A stretch of DNA of 64,000 bases from Pseudomonadota bacterium. Lineage in GTDB: Bacteria > Pseudomonadota > Gammaproteobacteria > Burkholderiales > Gallionellaceae. Positions 1 through 9,001 of this stretch are shown one piece after another. The stretch covers positions 12,592 to 76,591 of the forward strand of contig JAJXTH010000005.1 in NCBI GenBank assembly GCA_021783995.1, in the 5' to 3' direction. Under the pieces are notes generated by a model, which was not told the origin of the DNA, did not search any database, and was given only the letters and a program-made list of their open reading frames with translations. The translations under genes were made by a program, and so were the position numbers. Numbering within the stretch: the first letter of the stretch is position 1; every line of letters starts with the position of its first letter.

Positions 1-312
1 GTGCTTTGCATAGGCCTTGATGCTTGCCTCGACCTGGATTGCCAGTTCGCGGGTGGGCACGAGAATCAGCGCGCGCACCACATGGCGCGCTGGGGACGGG
101 CTGGAACTCGCGAACGGCAGGAGTTTCTGCAGCAGCGGCAGGGAAAAGGCCGCAGTCTTGCCCGTCCCGGTCTGCGCGCCCGCCATCAGATCGTGGCCTT
201 CGATGGCCAGAGGGATGGCCTGCATCTGTATCGGAGTGGGGGTAGTGTATCCGGATTCGGAAAGCGCCTTCAACAGTTCCGGCGCCAGATTCAGATCTGC
301 AAAATTGTTCAA
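1..312 (-). CDS. DEAD-box ATP-dependent RNA helicase (RhlE-like), first 104 codons only; remainder lies beyond the window edge
   Basis: Absent from the ORF track. Manual reverse-strand translation from TTG (312-310; in-frame TAA four codons upstream) gives [61 protein letters not shown]...[11 protein letters not shown]. This contains the Q motif, motif I (AQTGTGKT) and motif Ia (PTRELA). Confidence 0.85.
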   Translation of the reverse strand, partial: MNNFADLNLAPELLKALSESGYTTPTPIQMQAIPLAIEGHDLMAGAQTGTGKTAAFSLPLLQKLLPFASSSPSPARHVVRALILVPTRELAIQVEASIKAYAKH

Positions 313-379
313 AGTATTCTCTTAACGGTGATCTATACGACATGCCTTGGCCATTATAGCGCAAGGCGTGATCACCGGC

Positions 380-1405
380 TTATCCCTGGCCCGACCGATA
401 CCACCCTTCTGTGCGCTTGACGATGGCTACCACGCTCAACATCACAGGCACTTCGATCAGGACGCCTACCACGGTGGCGAGTGCCGCGCCCGATTCGAAT
501 CCGAAAAGGCTGATCGCCGCAGCGACTGCCAGTTCGAAGAAGTTCGATGCGCCGATCAGGGCCGACGGTCCTGCAACGCAATGCGCCTCACCGAATCTTC
601 GGTTCATCCAGTAGGCGAGCATGGAGGTGGAATACACCTGAATGGTGATGGGCACGGCGAGCATCAGGATGATCAATGGCTGCTTGACGATTGCATTTCC
701 CTGAAAGGCAAAGAGCAGCACCAGCGTCAGAAGCAGCGCAGAGATCGAAGCAGGCCCGAGCTTTTCTAGTGTGCGCTGCAATGCCTCCTCTCCTTTTGCA
801 ATCAGCAGCTTGCGCCAGATTTGCGCAATCAGAACCGGCAACACGATGTAGAACACCACAGACACGAGCAGCGTATCCCAGGGAACCATGATGGACGACA
901 TGCCGAGCAAGAGCGCGACCAGCGGTGCGAACGCGAACACCATGATTGCATCGTTCAGCGCAACCTGGCTCAATGTGAAAATCGGTTCGCCATTCACCAG
1001 ACGGCTCCATACGAACACCATCGCGGTGCAGGGGGCGGCCGCAAGCAGCACGAGTCCCGCAATGTAGCTGTCTATCTCACCGACGGGCAGAAAGGGAAGA
1101 AACACATGGCGGATGAATATCCAGCCCAGAAGCGCCATCGAAAACGGCTTGACCGCCCAGTTGACGAGCAGGGTAACGCCAATGCCGCGCCAGTGTTTTT
1201 TCACCTCGTGCAGCGCGCCAAAATCGATGCGCAGCAGCATGGGGATGATCATCACCCAGATCAAGAGACCTACCGGCAGGTTGACTTTGGCGATCTCGAG
1301 ACTACCTAGCCAGTGAAATGGCGCAGGCATGACCTGCCCCAGAGCCACGCCGATGACGATGCAAAGAAAGACCCAGAGGGTGAGATAGCGCTCGAATACA
1401 CTCAT
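380..1405 (-). CDS. acr3: ACR3-family arsenite efflux permease
   Basis: 341-aa polytopic membrane ORF. The N-terminus MSVFERYLTLWVFLCIVIGVALG and the overall pattern are typical of ACR3 permeases. It lies 3 nt downstream of arsC on the same strand. Confidence 0.85.
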   Translation of the reverse strand: MSVFERYLTLWVFLCIVIGVALGQVMPAPFHWLGSLEIAKVNLPVGLLIWVMIIPMLLRIDFGALHEVKKHWRGIGVTLLVNWAVKPFSMALLGWIFIRHVFLPFLPVGEIDSYIAGLVLLAAAPCTAMVFVWSRLVNGEPIFTLSQVALNDAIMVFAFAPLVALLLGMSSIMVPWDTLLVSVVFYIVLPVLIAQIWRKLLIAKGEEALQRTLEKLGPASISALLLTLVLLFAFQGNAIVKQPLIILMLAVPITIQVYSTSMLAYWMNRRFGEAHCVAGPSALIGASNFFELAVAAAISLFGFESGAALATVVGVLIEVPVMLSVVAIVKRTEGWYRSGQG

Positions 1406-1408
1406 GCT

Positions 1409-1903
1409 TCAGTCCTTGATGCGCCCGATTTCCATCAGCTTTTCACGCAAGATAAGCTTGTCCAGCTTTTCGATGGGCAGGCTCATGAAAAGATTTATGC
1501 GCCGCGCGAGCTGCTCTCCGGCCCTTTTGAATGCGGCTCGCCTTGCCTCTTCTCCTTCGACATGGGCGGGATCGGGTATGCCCCAATGTGCGGTGGCAGG
1601 CTTGCCGGGCCATACCGGGCAGGCTTCCCCGGCTGCGTTGTCGCACACGGTGAAGATGAAATCGAATTCGGGCGCGTCGGGAGCCGAAAACTCATCCCAG
1701 CTCTTGCTGTAGAGTCCATCCGTGCTGTATCCATGTTCATTCAACCAATCGATCGCGCCCGGATTGATTCTGCCGGCAGGCCTGCTGCCAGCGCTGTAGG
1801 CCTTGAATTTTCCCTTTCCCAGCGCATTGAACAGAACTTCGCCCAGGATGCTGCGCGCGGAATTTCCGGTGCAAAGCACCAGCACGTTGTATTGCTTTTC
1901 CAT
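1409..1903 (-). CDS. arsC: Arsenate reductase, low-molecular-weight phosphatase fold (thioredoxin-coupled type)
   Basis: 164 aa. CX5R P-loop LCTGNSARS near the N-terminus, plus downstream Cys residues (VCDNAAGEACP). It sits between arsR and acr3. Confidence 0.85.
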   Translation of the reverse strand: MEKQYNVLVLCTGNSARSILGEVLFNALGKGKFKAYSAGSRPAGRINPGAIDWLNEHGYSTDGLYSKSWDEFSAPDAPEFDFIFTVCDNAAGEACPVWPGKPATAHWGIPDPAHVEGEEARRAAFKRAGEQLARRINLFMSLPIEKLDKLILREKLMEIGRIKD

Positions 1904-1912
1904 TGTTTCCTT

Positions 1913-2227
1913 TCAGCGGCGCGGTGTCTTGCACGCCTCCATGTTCCCGTTGCAACAGTTTTCTGTCAGATAATCCACGATGCCATTCATCACCTTGAAA
2001 TTTGCCGAATAGAAGATGAACCTGCCTTCTTGCCGGCTCTCTATCAGTTCAGCATGACTCAGGATTCTGAAATGAAACGACAGGGTTGCGGGAGCGGCGG
2101 AGAGTTTTTCCGCGACTTGTCCGGCTGGCATTCCGGTCTGCCCTGCTTCGACCAGCAGCCGGTAGATGGCAAGCCGGGTGGGCTGGGCGAGTGCCGAAAG
2201 CGCTTTGACGACCTGTGCTGACATCAT
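1913..2227 (-). CDS. arsR: ArsR/SmtB-family metalloregulator
   Basis: 104 aa with a winged-helix pattern (ALAQPTRLAIYRLL ... ATLSFHFRIL). C-terminal Cys cluster ENCCNGNMEAC. First gene of the arsR-arsC-acr3 string. Confidence 0.8.
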   Translation of the reverse strand: MMSAQVVKALSALAQPTRLAIYRLLVEAGQTGMPAGQVAEKLSAAPATLSFHFRILSHAELIESRQEGRFIFYSANFKVMNGIVDYLTENCCNGNMEACKTPRR

Positions 2228-2240
2228 GTTATTTGTATGT

Positions 2241-2255
2241 TTGTCAAAATGACAA
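2241..2255. promoter_or_regulatory. Perfect inverted repeat TTGTCA-AAA-TGACAA, candidate ArsR operator
   Basis: The palindrome was read directly. It lies 14 nt upstream of the arsR start codon and just downstream of the predicted -10 element. Confidence 0.45.
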
Positions 2256-2259
2256 AATG

Positions 2260-2288
2260 ATTAGAACAGAAAATACTTTTTCATTCAA
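2260..2288 (-). promoter_or_regulatory. Candidate sigma70 promoter of the ars operon (TTGAAT-N17-TCTAAT on the minus strand)
   Basis: The reverse complement reads ttgaat gaaaaagtattttctgt tctaat, followed by the palindrome and then the ATG of arsR. Confidence 0.4.
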
Positions 2289-2614
2289 GCCTAGCATTAA
2301 TTATTTTAATCCGTATAATGCGCGCACTGCCGCAACTGATGCGGCAATAGTTCATCGTTTCCAACCTGTCTCTCGCGCGCTTTGTAAAGTGCGCCTGTCC
2401 AAAGAATTCCACGTGATCGCGAACAGCGTCACTCTGGGTCTTCCGGTTAGCAACGATGTTTTTTGCGCCGGTTGATCCTCTGTCCGTACAACGGTCAGCT
2501 ACCTGCGTTTACCTTGGGAAATTTGATTCTTCGTGATGGACTTGCGACCGGCCGACTATGGCCGAGCATGCCCTTGCGTAGGGTCGAACACCCTTTGATT
2601 TAAAGGAAGCAACA

Positions 2615-4147
2615 ATGTCATTTGAAGAACTGAATTTGAACCCGTCCATTCTGAAAGCGATTGCCGATACAGGTTACACGGAACCCACGCCCATCCAGGC
2701 CCAGGCCATTCCCGAGATCATCGACGGACACGACCTGATGGCGTCCGCCCAGACCGGAAGCGGCAAGACAGCAGCCTTCATCCTGCCTGCATTGAACCGC
2801 CTGGCTGCCCCTTCCAAGCTGCCTGGCAAGGGCCCGCGCGTTCTGGTCTTGACGCCCACGCGCGAGCTGGCCCAGCAGGTATGCGATGCGGCCACCAAAT
2901 ACGGCAAACACATGCGCTTCAAGATCATCAGCATCCTGGGCGGCATGCCCTACCCTGTGCAAAACCGCCTGCTGTCTAGCCATGTCGACATCCTGGTGGC
3001 AACACCGGGGCGACTGATCGATCACCTGGAGCGCGGTCGCATCGATTTCTCGCGCCTTGAAATGCTGATCCTGGACGAGGCGGACCGCATGCTGGACATG
3101 GGTTTCGTGGACGACGTGGAACGCATCGCCGCTGCCACACCTAACACACACCAGACGCTGTTGTTCTCGGCCACGCTGGAAGGCGTAGTCGGAAATCTGG
3201 CCTCGCGCCTTTTGAAGAACCCCAAGCGCATCACCGTCTCGGCCGCGAAAGACAAGCATGAAAACATCGAGCAGCGCATGATGTTTGCCGATGACGTGGC
3301 CCACAAGAACCGGCTTTTGAGCCACCTTCTGACCGACGTCGAAGTCAATCAGGCGCTAGTGTTTACGGCCACCAAGCGCGACGCAGACGGTCTTGCCGAC
3401 CAGCTTTCGGCGCAAGGCCATTCCGTTGCTGCCTTGCACGGCGACATGAGCCAGCGCGAGCGCAACCGCACGCTGCTCAACATGCGCAACGGGAATCTGC
3501 GCATCCTGGTGGCCACCGACGTGGCGGCGCGCGGGCTGGATGTGCGCGGCATCTCGCACGTGATCAATTTCGATCTGCCCAAGTTCGCCGAAGATTATGT
3601 GCACCGCATCGGCCGCACGGGCCGCGGCGGGTCGACCGGCATTGCCATCTCTTTCGCATCCAACCGGGATGCGCAATTGCTGAAGCGCATCGAGAGATAC
3701 ATCGAGCAAAGCATCAAGATGCACACCATAGAGGGACTCGAGCCGAAATACAAACTGCGCACTTCATCTGAGCGTCCTCCGCGCAGCGGTGGACGGGGCA
3801 ATGGCGGCGGATATGCCGGCAACCGCGGCCCTTCGGCAGGCGCAGGACAGGCTTACGGCAATCGTAAAGACAGCTTTGGCAATCGCAGTCCTTCGACAGG
3901 CCCAGGACAGGCTCGCAGTGCGGGCTACACGGATAGCCGCCCTGCCCGCAGCGAAGGTTTCGGTGGCCAGGCTCGCTTTGCCGGTCAGCCGCCGCACGAC
4001 CGCAGTTTCGGCTCGCGCAACGGCAATACCGCAGCACCCCGTGGCGATCGCCAGGGCTTCGGCGCGCAGCGCAGCGAACGCTCAGATCGCGGTAATTTCA
4101 GTGGAAACCGCTCGCACTTCAACAGCAGTCGCGGCAACAAGGCATAA
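2615..4147 (+). CDS. DEAD-box ATP-dependent RNA helicase (RhlE-like) with long Arg/Gly/Ser/Asn-rich C-terminal tail
   Basis: 510 aa. Motifs present: Q motif (GYTEPTPIQ), AQTGSGKT, PTRELA, DEAD (LDEADRM), SAT, HRIGRTGR. SD aaaggaag precedes the ATG. The last ~125 aa are low-complexity RG/SG/NR repeats. Confidence 0.9.
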   Translation: MSFEELNLNPSILKAIADTGYTEPTPIQAQAIPEIIDGHDLMASAQTGSGKTAAFILPALNRLAAPSKLPGKGPRVLVLTPTRELAQQVCDAATKYGKHMRFKIISILGGMPYPVQNRLLSSHVDILVATPGRLIDHLERGRIDFSRLEMLILDEADRMLDMGFVDDVERIAAATPNTHQTLLFSATLEGVVGNLASRLLKNPKRITVSAAKDKHENIEQRMMFADDVAHKNRLLSHLLTDVEVNQALVFTATKRDADGLADQLSAQGHSVAALHGDMSQRERNRTLLNMRNGNLRILVATDVAARGLDVRGISHVINFDLPKFAEDYVHRIGRTGRGGSTGIAISFASNRDAQLLKRIERYIEQSIKMHTIEGLEPKYKLRTSSERPPRSGGRGNGGGYAGNRGPSAGAGQAYGNRKDSFGNRSPSTGPGQARSAGYTDSRPARSEGFGGQARFAGQPPHDRSFGSRNGNTAAPRGDRQGFGAQRSERSDRGNFSGNRSHFNSSRGNKA

Positions 4148-4156
4148 ATCACCCGG

Positions 4157-4187
4157 TAAAAAAGCACGCTCAGGCGTGCTTTTTTTA
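4157..4187. terminator. Bidirectional rho-independent terminator between the convergent helicase gene and rep
   Basis: aaaaaa-AGCACGC-tcag-GCGTGCT-ttttttt: a 7-bp GC-rich stem flanked by an A-run and a T-run. Confidence 0.75.
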
Positions 4188-4188
4188 T

Positions 4189-6177
4189 TCAAGCATCCGG
4201 CTGGGATTTGGCGAGCAAGGCTTTCAGCCTTGCCAGCTTGTCCATGCCTTCTTCCTTGCTTACCACCGCTTCTGCATGGATGCCTGCGTGAGTCAGTTCG
4301 CTCTGCGGCATTTCCTCAATGAAGCGGCTGGGCTCGCACAGCGCCCAGTCACGTCCTTTGCGGCGGCGCTTGCAGTAGCTGATCTGCAGGCTGCGCTCGG
4401 CGCGGGTGATGCCGACATACATCAGTCTGCGCTCTTCCTCTATGCCTTTCTCATCGCTGTCCCTGAAAGGCAGTATGTCCTCTTCGACGCCGATGATGAA
4501 CACATGGGGAAACTCCAGCCCTTTTGCTGCATGCAGCGTGGACAATGAGACTGCGTCGGGGCTTTCTTCGCGTCCGTCCAGCATGCTGATCAGCGCGATG
4601 GTCTGCACCATGTCGAGCAGGGATTTGTCGTCCGCCTCGGCCTTGCGCTTCAGCCACCCCGTGAAATCCTCGACGTTCTTCCACTTCCCCTCCGCCTGTC
4701 TTGGCTCAAACGTATCATAAAGCCAGGCTTCATAGTTGATGGCGCGCAAGAGTTCATCCAGCAGTTCATTGCATGGCTCCTTGCCGGCGCGTGCCTCGAG
4801 TCTACCTATGAAGCGGCAGAACATCATCAGGTCCTCGAGCTGGTTGGGAGACAGCAGCTCGCTCATTCCGGCCGCAGATGCTGCCTCGAACAGGCTGATG
4901 CGGCGGGCGCCTGCATGATTGCCCAGCTTCTCGAGTGTGGCGTTGCCGATGCCGCGCCTGGGTGTCGTGATCGCGCGTATGAAGGCAGGATCGTCGTCCG
5001 GGTTTGCAATGAGGCGGAGATAGGCCGTGATGTCCTTGATTTCGGATTTTTCAAAGAATGACGTTCCGCCGCTGACCGTATAGGGCACGCGTTGGGATCT
5101 CAACTGCTCCTCGAATGCGCGCGACAGATAATTGCTGCGATATAAAATCGCATAGTCCGAATAGCGGGTCTGATGCTCGAACTTGTGCGCAACGAGTTTC
5201 ATCACCACGCTTTCCGCTTCGTGCTCATCGTCGCGCGCGGCATAAATCCGGATCGCATCGCCTATGCCATGATCGCTCCACAGCTTCTTCTCGAACACTT
5301 TGGTGTTGTGGTTGATGAGCTCATTGGCCACCTTGAGGATGCGCTGCGAGGATCGGTAATTTTGCTCCAGCTTGATCACGCGAAGCTGGCTGTAGTCATT
5401 TCTGAGATTGTTGAGATTCGCAATGCTTGCCCCGCGCCATGCATAGATGGCCTGATCGTCGTCGCCCACAGCCGTGAATGCGGCGCGGTGGCCTGCCAGA
5501 AGCCGGGTCAACTGGTACTGGCAATCGTTGGTGTCCTGATACTCGTCTATCAGCAGATAGCGCAGCCTGTGCTGCCAGCGCGCAAGGGCTTCCGGGTGTT
5601 CCTTGAACAGGCGCACCGGCAGATGAATCAGATCATCGAAGTCCACCGCCTGATAGGCGCGCAACGTTTCCTGATAGCGCGCATAAATGCGAGCATGAAC
5701 CTCTTCTTCGGCGCTCCCTGCCATGACATCTTCAGGCGATACGAAGGCCGATTTCCAGTTCGATATCTGCGTCTGCATGCCGCGGATTTCCTGCTTGTCG
5801 CCAGAATTGACCAGCTCGCCGATTATCCTTGCGGTGTCGCTGGCATCGAAAATGGAGAACTGCGGTTTGTAGCCCAGAAGGCCGGCTTCCGCGCGCAATA
5901 TGTTCATGCCCAGCGAATGGAAGGTGCTGACCACGAGCCCTTTGGCATCTCTGCCTGGCATGAGAATACCCACGCGCGCCTTCATCTCGCTGGCAGCCTT
6001 GTTCGTGAAAGTGATCGCCGCGATGTTTTTCGCCTCATAGCCGCACTCATCTATGAGATAGGCGATCTTGTGCGTGATCACCCGTGTCTTGCCGCTGCCG
6101 GCTCCTGCCAGAACCAGCAATGGGCCGCCGAGATAGGTGACTGCCTCCCTTTGTTCGGGATTGAGCTTGCTCAACAT
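4189..6177 (-). CDS. rep: UvrD/Rep-family ATP-dependent DNA helicase, Rep-like by length
   Basis: MLSKLNPEQREAVTYLGGPLLVLAGAGSGKTRVITHKIAYL (Walker A), DEYQDTN, and other UvrD/Rep motifs. Start placed at ATG 6177 rather than the track start 6237, which would overlap the galE 3' end. Confidence 0.8.
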   Translation of the reverse strand: MLSKLNPEQREAVTYLGGPLLVLAGAGSGKTRVITHKIAYLIDECGYEAKNIAAITFTNKAASEMKARVGILMPGRDAKGLVVSTFHSLGMNILRAEAGLLGYKPQFSIFDASDTARIIGELVNSGDKQEIRGMQTQISNWKSAFVSPEDVMAGSAEEEVHARIYARYQETLRAYQAVDFDDLIHLPVRLFKEHPEALARWQHRLRYLLIDEYQDTNDCQYQLTRLLAGHRAAFTAVGDDDQAIYAWRGASIANLNNLRNDYSQLRVIKLEQNYRSSQRILKVANELINHNTKVFEKKLWSDHGIGDAIRIYAARDDEHEAESVVMKLVAHKFEHQTRYSDYAILYRSNYLSRAFEEQLRSQRVPYTVSGGTSFFEKSEIKDITAYLRLIANPDDDPAFIRAITTPRRGIGNATLEKLGNHAGARRISLFEAASAAGMSELLSPNQLEDLMMFCRFIGRLEARAGKEPCNELLDELLRAINYEAWLYDTFEPRQAEGKWKNVEDFTGWLKRKAEADDKSLLDMVQTIALISMLDGREESPDAVSLSTLHAAKGLEFPHVFIIGVEEDILPFRDSDEKGIEEERRLMYVGITRAERSLQISYCKRRRKGRDWALCEPSRFIEEMPQSELTHAGIHAEAVVSKEEGMDKLARLKALLAKSQPDA

Positions 6178-6185
6178 TGCAGCGG

Positions 6186-7199
6186 CTACGGGTATCCTGA
6201 CGGGTTCATCGACTGCCAGCGCCAGCTGTCCATACACATCCTGTCTATGCCAAAGCTCGCGGACCAGCCCAGAAGCTTCTTTGCAAGCGCGGGATCGGCG
6301 TAGCAGCAGGCAATATCGCCCGCCCTTCTTTCGACGATTCGATGCGGTATCTCGCGCCCGCTCGAGGTCTCGAAGGCTTTGATCATGTCCAGCACGCTGT
6401 AGCCCTGCCCTGTGCCCAGGTTCACGGTAAAGAGGCCCGGATGCTTTGCGAGATAATCCAGCGCAAGCACATGGCCCTGGGCCAAGTCGACCACATGGAT
6501 GTAGTCCCGCACTCCTGTCCCGTCAGGCGTGGGATAGTCATTGCCGAAAACCTGCAGATACTCCCGCCGCCCTACGGCAACCTGGGCGATGAAAGGCATC
6601 AGGTTGTTGGGTATGCCGTTCGGGTCCTCTCCTATCAACCCGCTTTCATGGGCCCCCACCGGATTGAAGTAGCGCAGTATGCCGATGCGCCATGCCGGGT
6701 CCGACTTGTAAAGATCGCGCAGGATCTGCTCTATCATCAGCTTGCTCGTGCCATACGGATTGGTCGTGCCGCCCACCGGAAAATCCTCGCGTATCGGGAC
6801 CGCATGCGGATCGCCATACACGGTCGCGGAAGAACTGAACACGATGCTGCGCACGCCCTGTTCATGCATCACCTCGCAAAGCGCAATCGTCCCCGACACG
6901 TTGTTGTCGTAATAGCGCAACGGCTGCCCTACCGATTCACCGACCGCCTTGAGTCCTGCGAAGTGGATCACGCTGTCGAAATCATGCGCGCGGAAAGCGC
7001 CGCGCAATGCATCCCGGTCGCGGATGTCGGCGTCGATCACGGTGATTTTCTTGCCTGTGATCTTTGCGACGCGGTTCAGCGATTCCAGTTTGCTGTTGCA
7101 GAAGTTGTCGAGAACCACGGCCTCATGGCCTGATTGCAGTAATTCCACGCAGGTATGGCTGCCTATGTAGCCTGCTCCGCCTACGACCAGTATCTTCAT
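6186..7199 (-). CDS. galE: UDP-glucose 4-epimerase
   Basis: 337 aa. Rossmann motif [15 protein letters not shown], catalytic YGTSK (YxxxK), and end-to-end GalE-like sequence. Confidence 0.9.
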   Translation of the reverse strand: MKILVVGGAGYIGSHTCVELLQSGHEAVVLDNFCNSKLESLNRVAKITGKKITVIDADIRDRDALRGAFRAHDFDSVIHFAGLKAVGESVGQPLRYYDNNVSGTIALCEVMHEQGVRSIVFSSSATVYGDPHAVPIREDFPVGGTTNPYGTSKLMIEQILRDLYKSDPAWRIGILRYFNPVGAHESGLIGEDPNGIPNNLMPFIAQVAVGRREYLQVFGNDYPTPDGTGVRDYIHVVDLAQGHVLALDYLAKHPGLFTVNLGTGQGYSVLDMIKAFETSSGREIPHRIVERRAGDIACCYADPALAKKLLGWSASFGIDRMCMDSWRWQSMNPSGYP

Positions 7200-7275
7200 G
7201 CGTTGATTCCCAGGATTGTCGATGCCTAAACATACCCAGATATCATGCGGGCGTCAACGAACGCATGCACGCCCG

Positions 7276-7306
7276 AAAAAAAAGACCGCTGCGCAGCGGT
7301 CTTTTC
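7276..7306 (-). terminator. Rho-independent terminator after the tRNA pair
   Basis: On the minus strand: AGACCGCT-gcgc-AGCGGTCT followed by eight T, immediately downstream of tRNA-Glu. Confidence 0.8.
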
Positions 7307-7312
7307 AAAATC

Positions 7313-7388
7313 TGGCGTCCCCAACGAGATTCGAACTCGTGTTACCGCCGTGAAAGGGCGATGTCCTAGGCCTCTAGACGATAGGGAC
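7313..7388 (-). tRNA. tRNA-Glu (anticodon UUC)
   Basis: The reverse complement is GTCCCTATCGTCTAGAGGCCTAGGACATCGCCCTTTCACGGCGGTAACACGAGTTCGAATCTCGTTGGGGACGCCA. It is a 76-nt cloverleaf with anticodon loop CTTTCAC, an encoded CCA, and close resemblance to E. coli tRNA-Glu. Confidence 0.93.
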
Positions 7389-7398
7389 TTTGTTTCTT

Positions 7399-7474
<76 letters not shown>

Positions 7475-7493
7475 TTACCTCGAAAGAGCGCGC

Positions 7494-7522
7494 ATTATAG
7501 GGAGGTGCCTCGTGCTTGTAAA
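7494..7522 (-). promoter_or_regulatory. Near-consensus sigma70 promoter for the tRNA-Ala/tRNA-Glu pair
   Basis: The minus strand reads TTTACA-N17-TATAAT followed by the GC-rich discriminator gcgcgc. It lies about 20 nt upstream of the tRNA-Ala 5' end. Confidence 0.6.
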
Positions 7523-7539
7523 GCCAAATCGCAAAAAAA

Positions 7540-8931
7540 TTACAGATACCGGCTGATGCGCTCCAGCACCGTTTCGCGACCGAACAATGACATCACGGCA
7601 TCGACCGAAGGTGTTTGTGTTTGTCCGACAAGCATCACGCGCAAAGGCATTGCAATCTTTGGCATCTTGAGCTGATGGTCGGCCAGCAAACCCTTGATCA
7701 GCGAGGCCAGATGCACTGCATCCCATTCGACTTGTTTGAGTCGCTCGAAAAGCTCGCGCAGTGCAGGAAGCACCTCCGGCACAAGATGTTCATCGAGCAG
7801 CGACTGCTCGGGATGCACGTCGATATAGAACACTTCGGCCTCGTCGGCCAGCTCGACCAGGGTCGTCACGCGCCCCTTGTAGAGCGAGACCACGTCTTCA
7901 AGTTTCGGAGCAACCTTCAGTTGCACGCCACGCGACAAAAGATGCTTCCCGGTCAGCTCGGCCAGACGTGCATTGTCGGCGAGCTTGATGTAATGCTGGT
8001 TCAGCCAGTTGAGCTTTTCAGGATTGAATTGCGCCGCCGATTTGCTGATGTGTTCAAGATCGAACCATGAGACGAATTGCCAGACAGGAAAAATTTCTTC
8101 GTCGCCATGCGACCAGCCCAGGCGCGAAAGATAATTGATCAGTGCTTCGGGAAGATATCCGTCCTCGGCATACTGCATCACGCTCACCGCGCCATGGCGC
8201 TTGGAAAGCCGCTCGCCATCGCTGCCCAGTATCATCGGTACATGCGCATACTGAGGCAGCGTTGCCCCCAGCGCCTTCAGGATGTTGATCTGCCGCGGCG
8301 TATTGTTGACGTGGTCGTCGCCCCTGATCACATGCGTGATATTCATGTCCAGGTCATCCACCACCACGCAAAAGTTATAGGTGGGCGTGCCGTCGGGTCT
8401 TGCGATGATGAGATCGTCAAGCTCGCTGTTTTCAAAAACGATGCGTCCCTTTACCATGTCGTCCCACGCGGCCACACCATCCACGGGATTCCTGAATCTC
8501 ACCACAGGCTTGATGCCTTGAGGGATTTCGGGCAGTGACTTGCCGGGCTCGGGACGCCAGCGGCCATCGTAACGCGGTTTCTCGCCGCGGGAACGCATCG
8601 CTTCGCGCATCTCCTCGAGCTCTTCTGGCGTCGTATAGCAATGATAGGCATGGCCTGCTTCCAGCATCTGCGCCAGCACCTCCTTGTAACGGTCCATGCG
8701 CTGCATCTGGTAAAAAGGGCCCTCGTCGTAATCGAGATTGAGCCAGGCCATGCCGTCCAGTATCGCCTGCACCGAGGCTTCCGATGAGCGTTCCAGATCG
8801 GTGTCTTCGATGCGCAGGACGAAAGTGCCGCCAAGTTTTCTGGCATAGGCCCACGAGAACAGCGCGGTGCGGGCGCCGCCTATATGCAGATATCCGGTCG
8901 GGCTGGGAGCAAAACGGGTGCGTATGGTCAT
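7540..8931 (-). CDS. gltX: Glutamate--tRNA ligase
   Basis: 463 aa. Class I signatures are present: HIGG ([14 protein letters not shown]) and KLSKR-type (RLSKRHG). Confidence 0.92.
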   Translation of the reverse strand: MTIRTRFAPSPTGYLHIGGARTALFSWAYARKLGGTFVLRIEDTDLERSSEASVQAILDGMAWLNLDYDEGPFYQMQRMDRYKEVLAQMLEAGHAYHCYTTPEELEEMREAMRSRGEKPRYDGRWRPEPGKSLPEIPQGIKPVVRFRNPVDGVAAWDDMVKGRIVFENSELDDLIIARPDGTPTYNFCVVVDDLDMNITHVIRGDDHVNNTPRQINILKALGATLPQYAHVPMILGSDGERLSKRHGAVSVMQYAEDGYLPEALINYLSRLGWSHGDEEIFPVWQFVSWFDLEHISKSAAQFNPEKLNWLNQHYIKLADNARLAELTGKHLLSRGVQLKVAPKLEDVVSLYKGRVTTLVELADEAEVFYIDVHPEQSLLDEHLVPEVLPALRELFERLKQVEWDAVHLASLIKGLLADHQLKMPKIAMPLRVMLVGQTQTPSVDAVMSLFGRETVLERISRYL

Positions 8932-9001
8932 GGATGGGAATGCCAGTCAAAAAGCGCATTTTACGGGCTTTGCCTGGCGCATGCATCAACAAATTCGCAG
9001 T

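Noticed and set aside
2215-2475. 86-aa ORF in the arsR / helicase intergenic region
   Set aside because: It starts inside arsR and runs through an AT-rich promoter region containing the palindrome. It has no Shine-Dalgarno sequence and no recognisable domain.
5173-6303. 376-aa plus-strand ORF
   Set aside because: It lies entirely antisense to the well-supported rep helicase gene. Its composition is R/H/A/G-rich with no recognisable motifs. This is the typical shadow ORF of GC-rich coding sequence.
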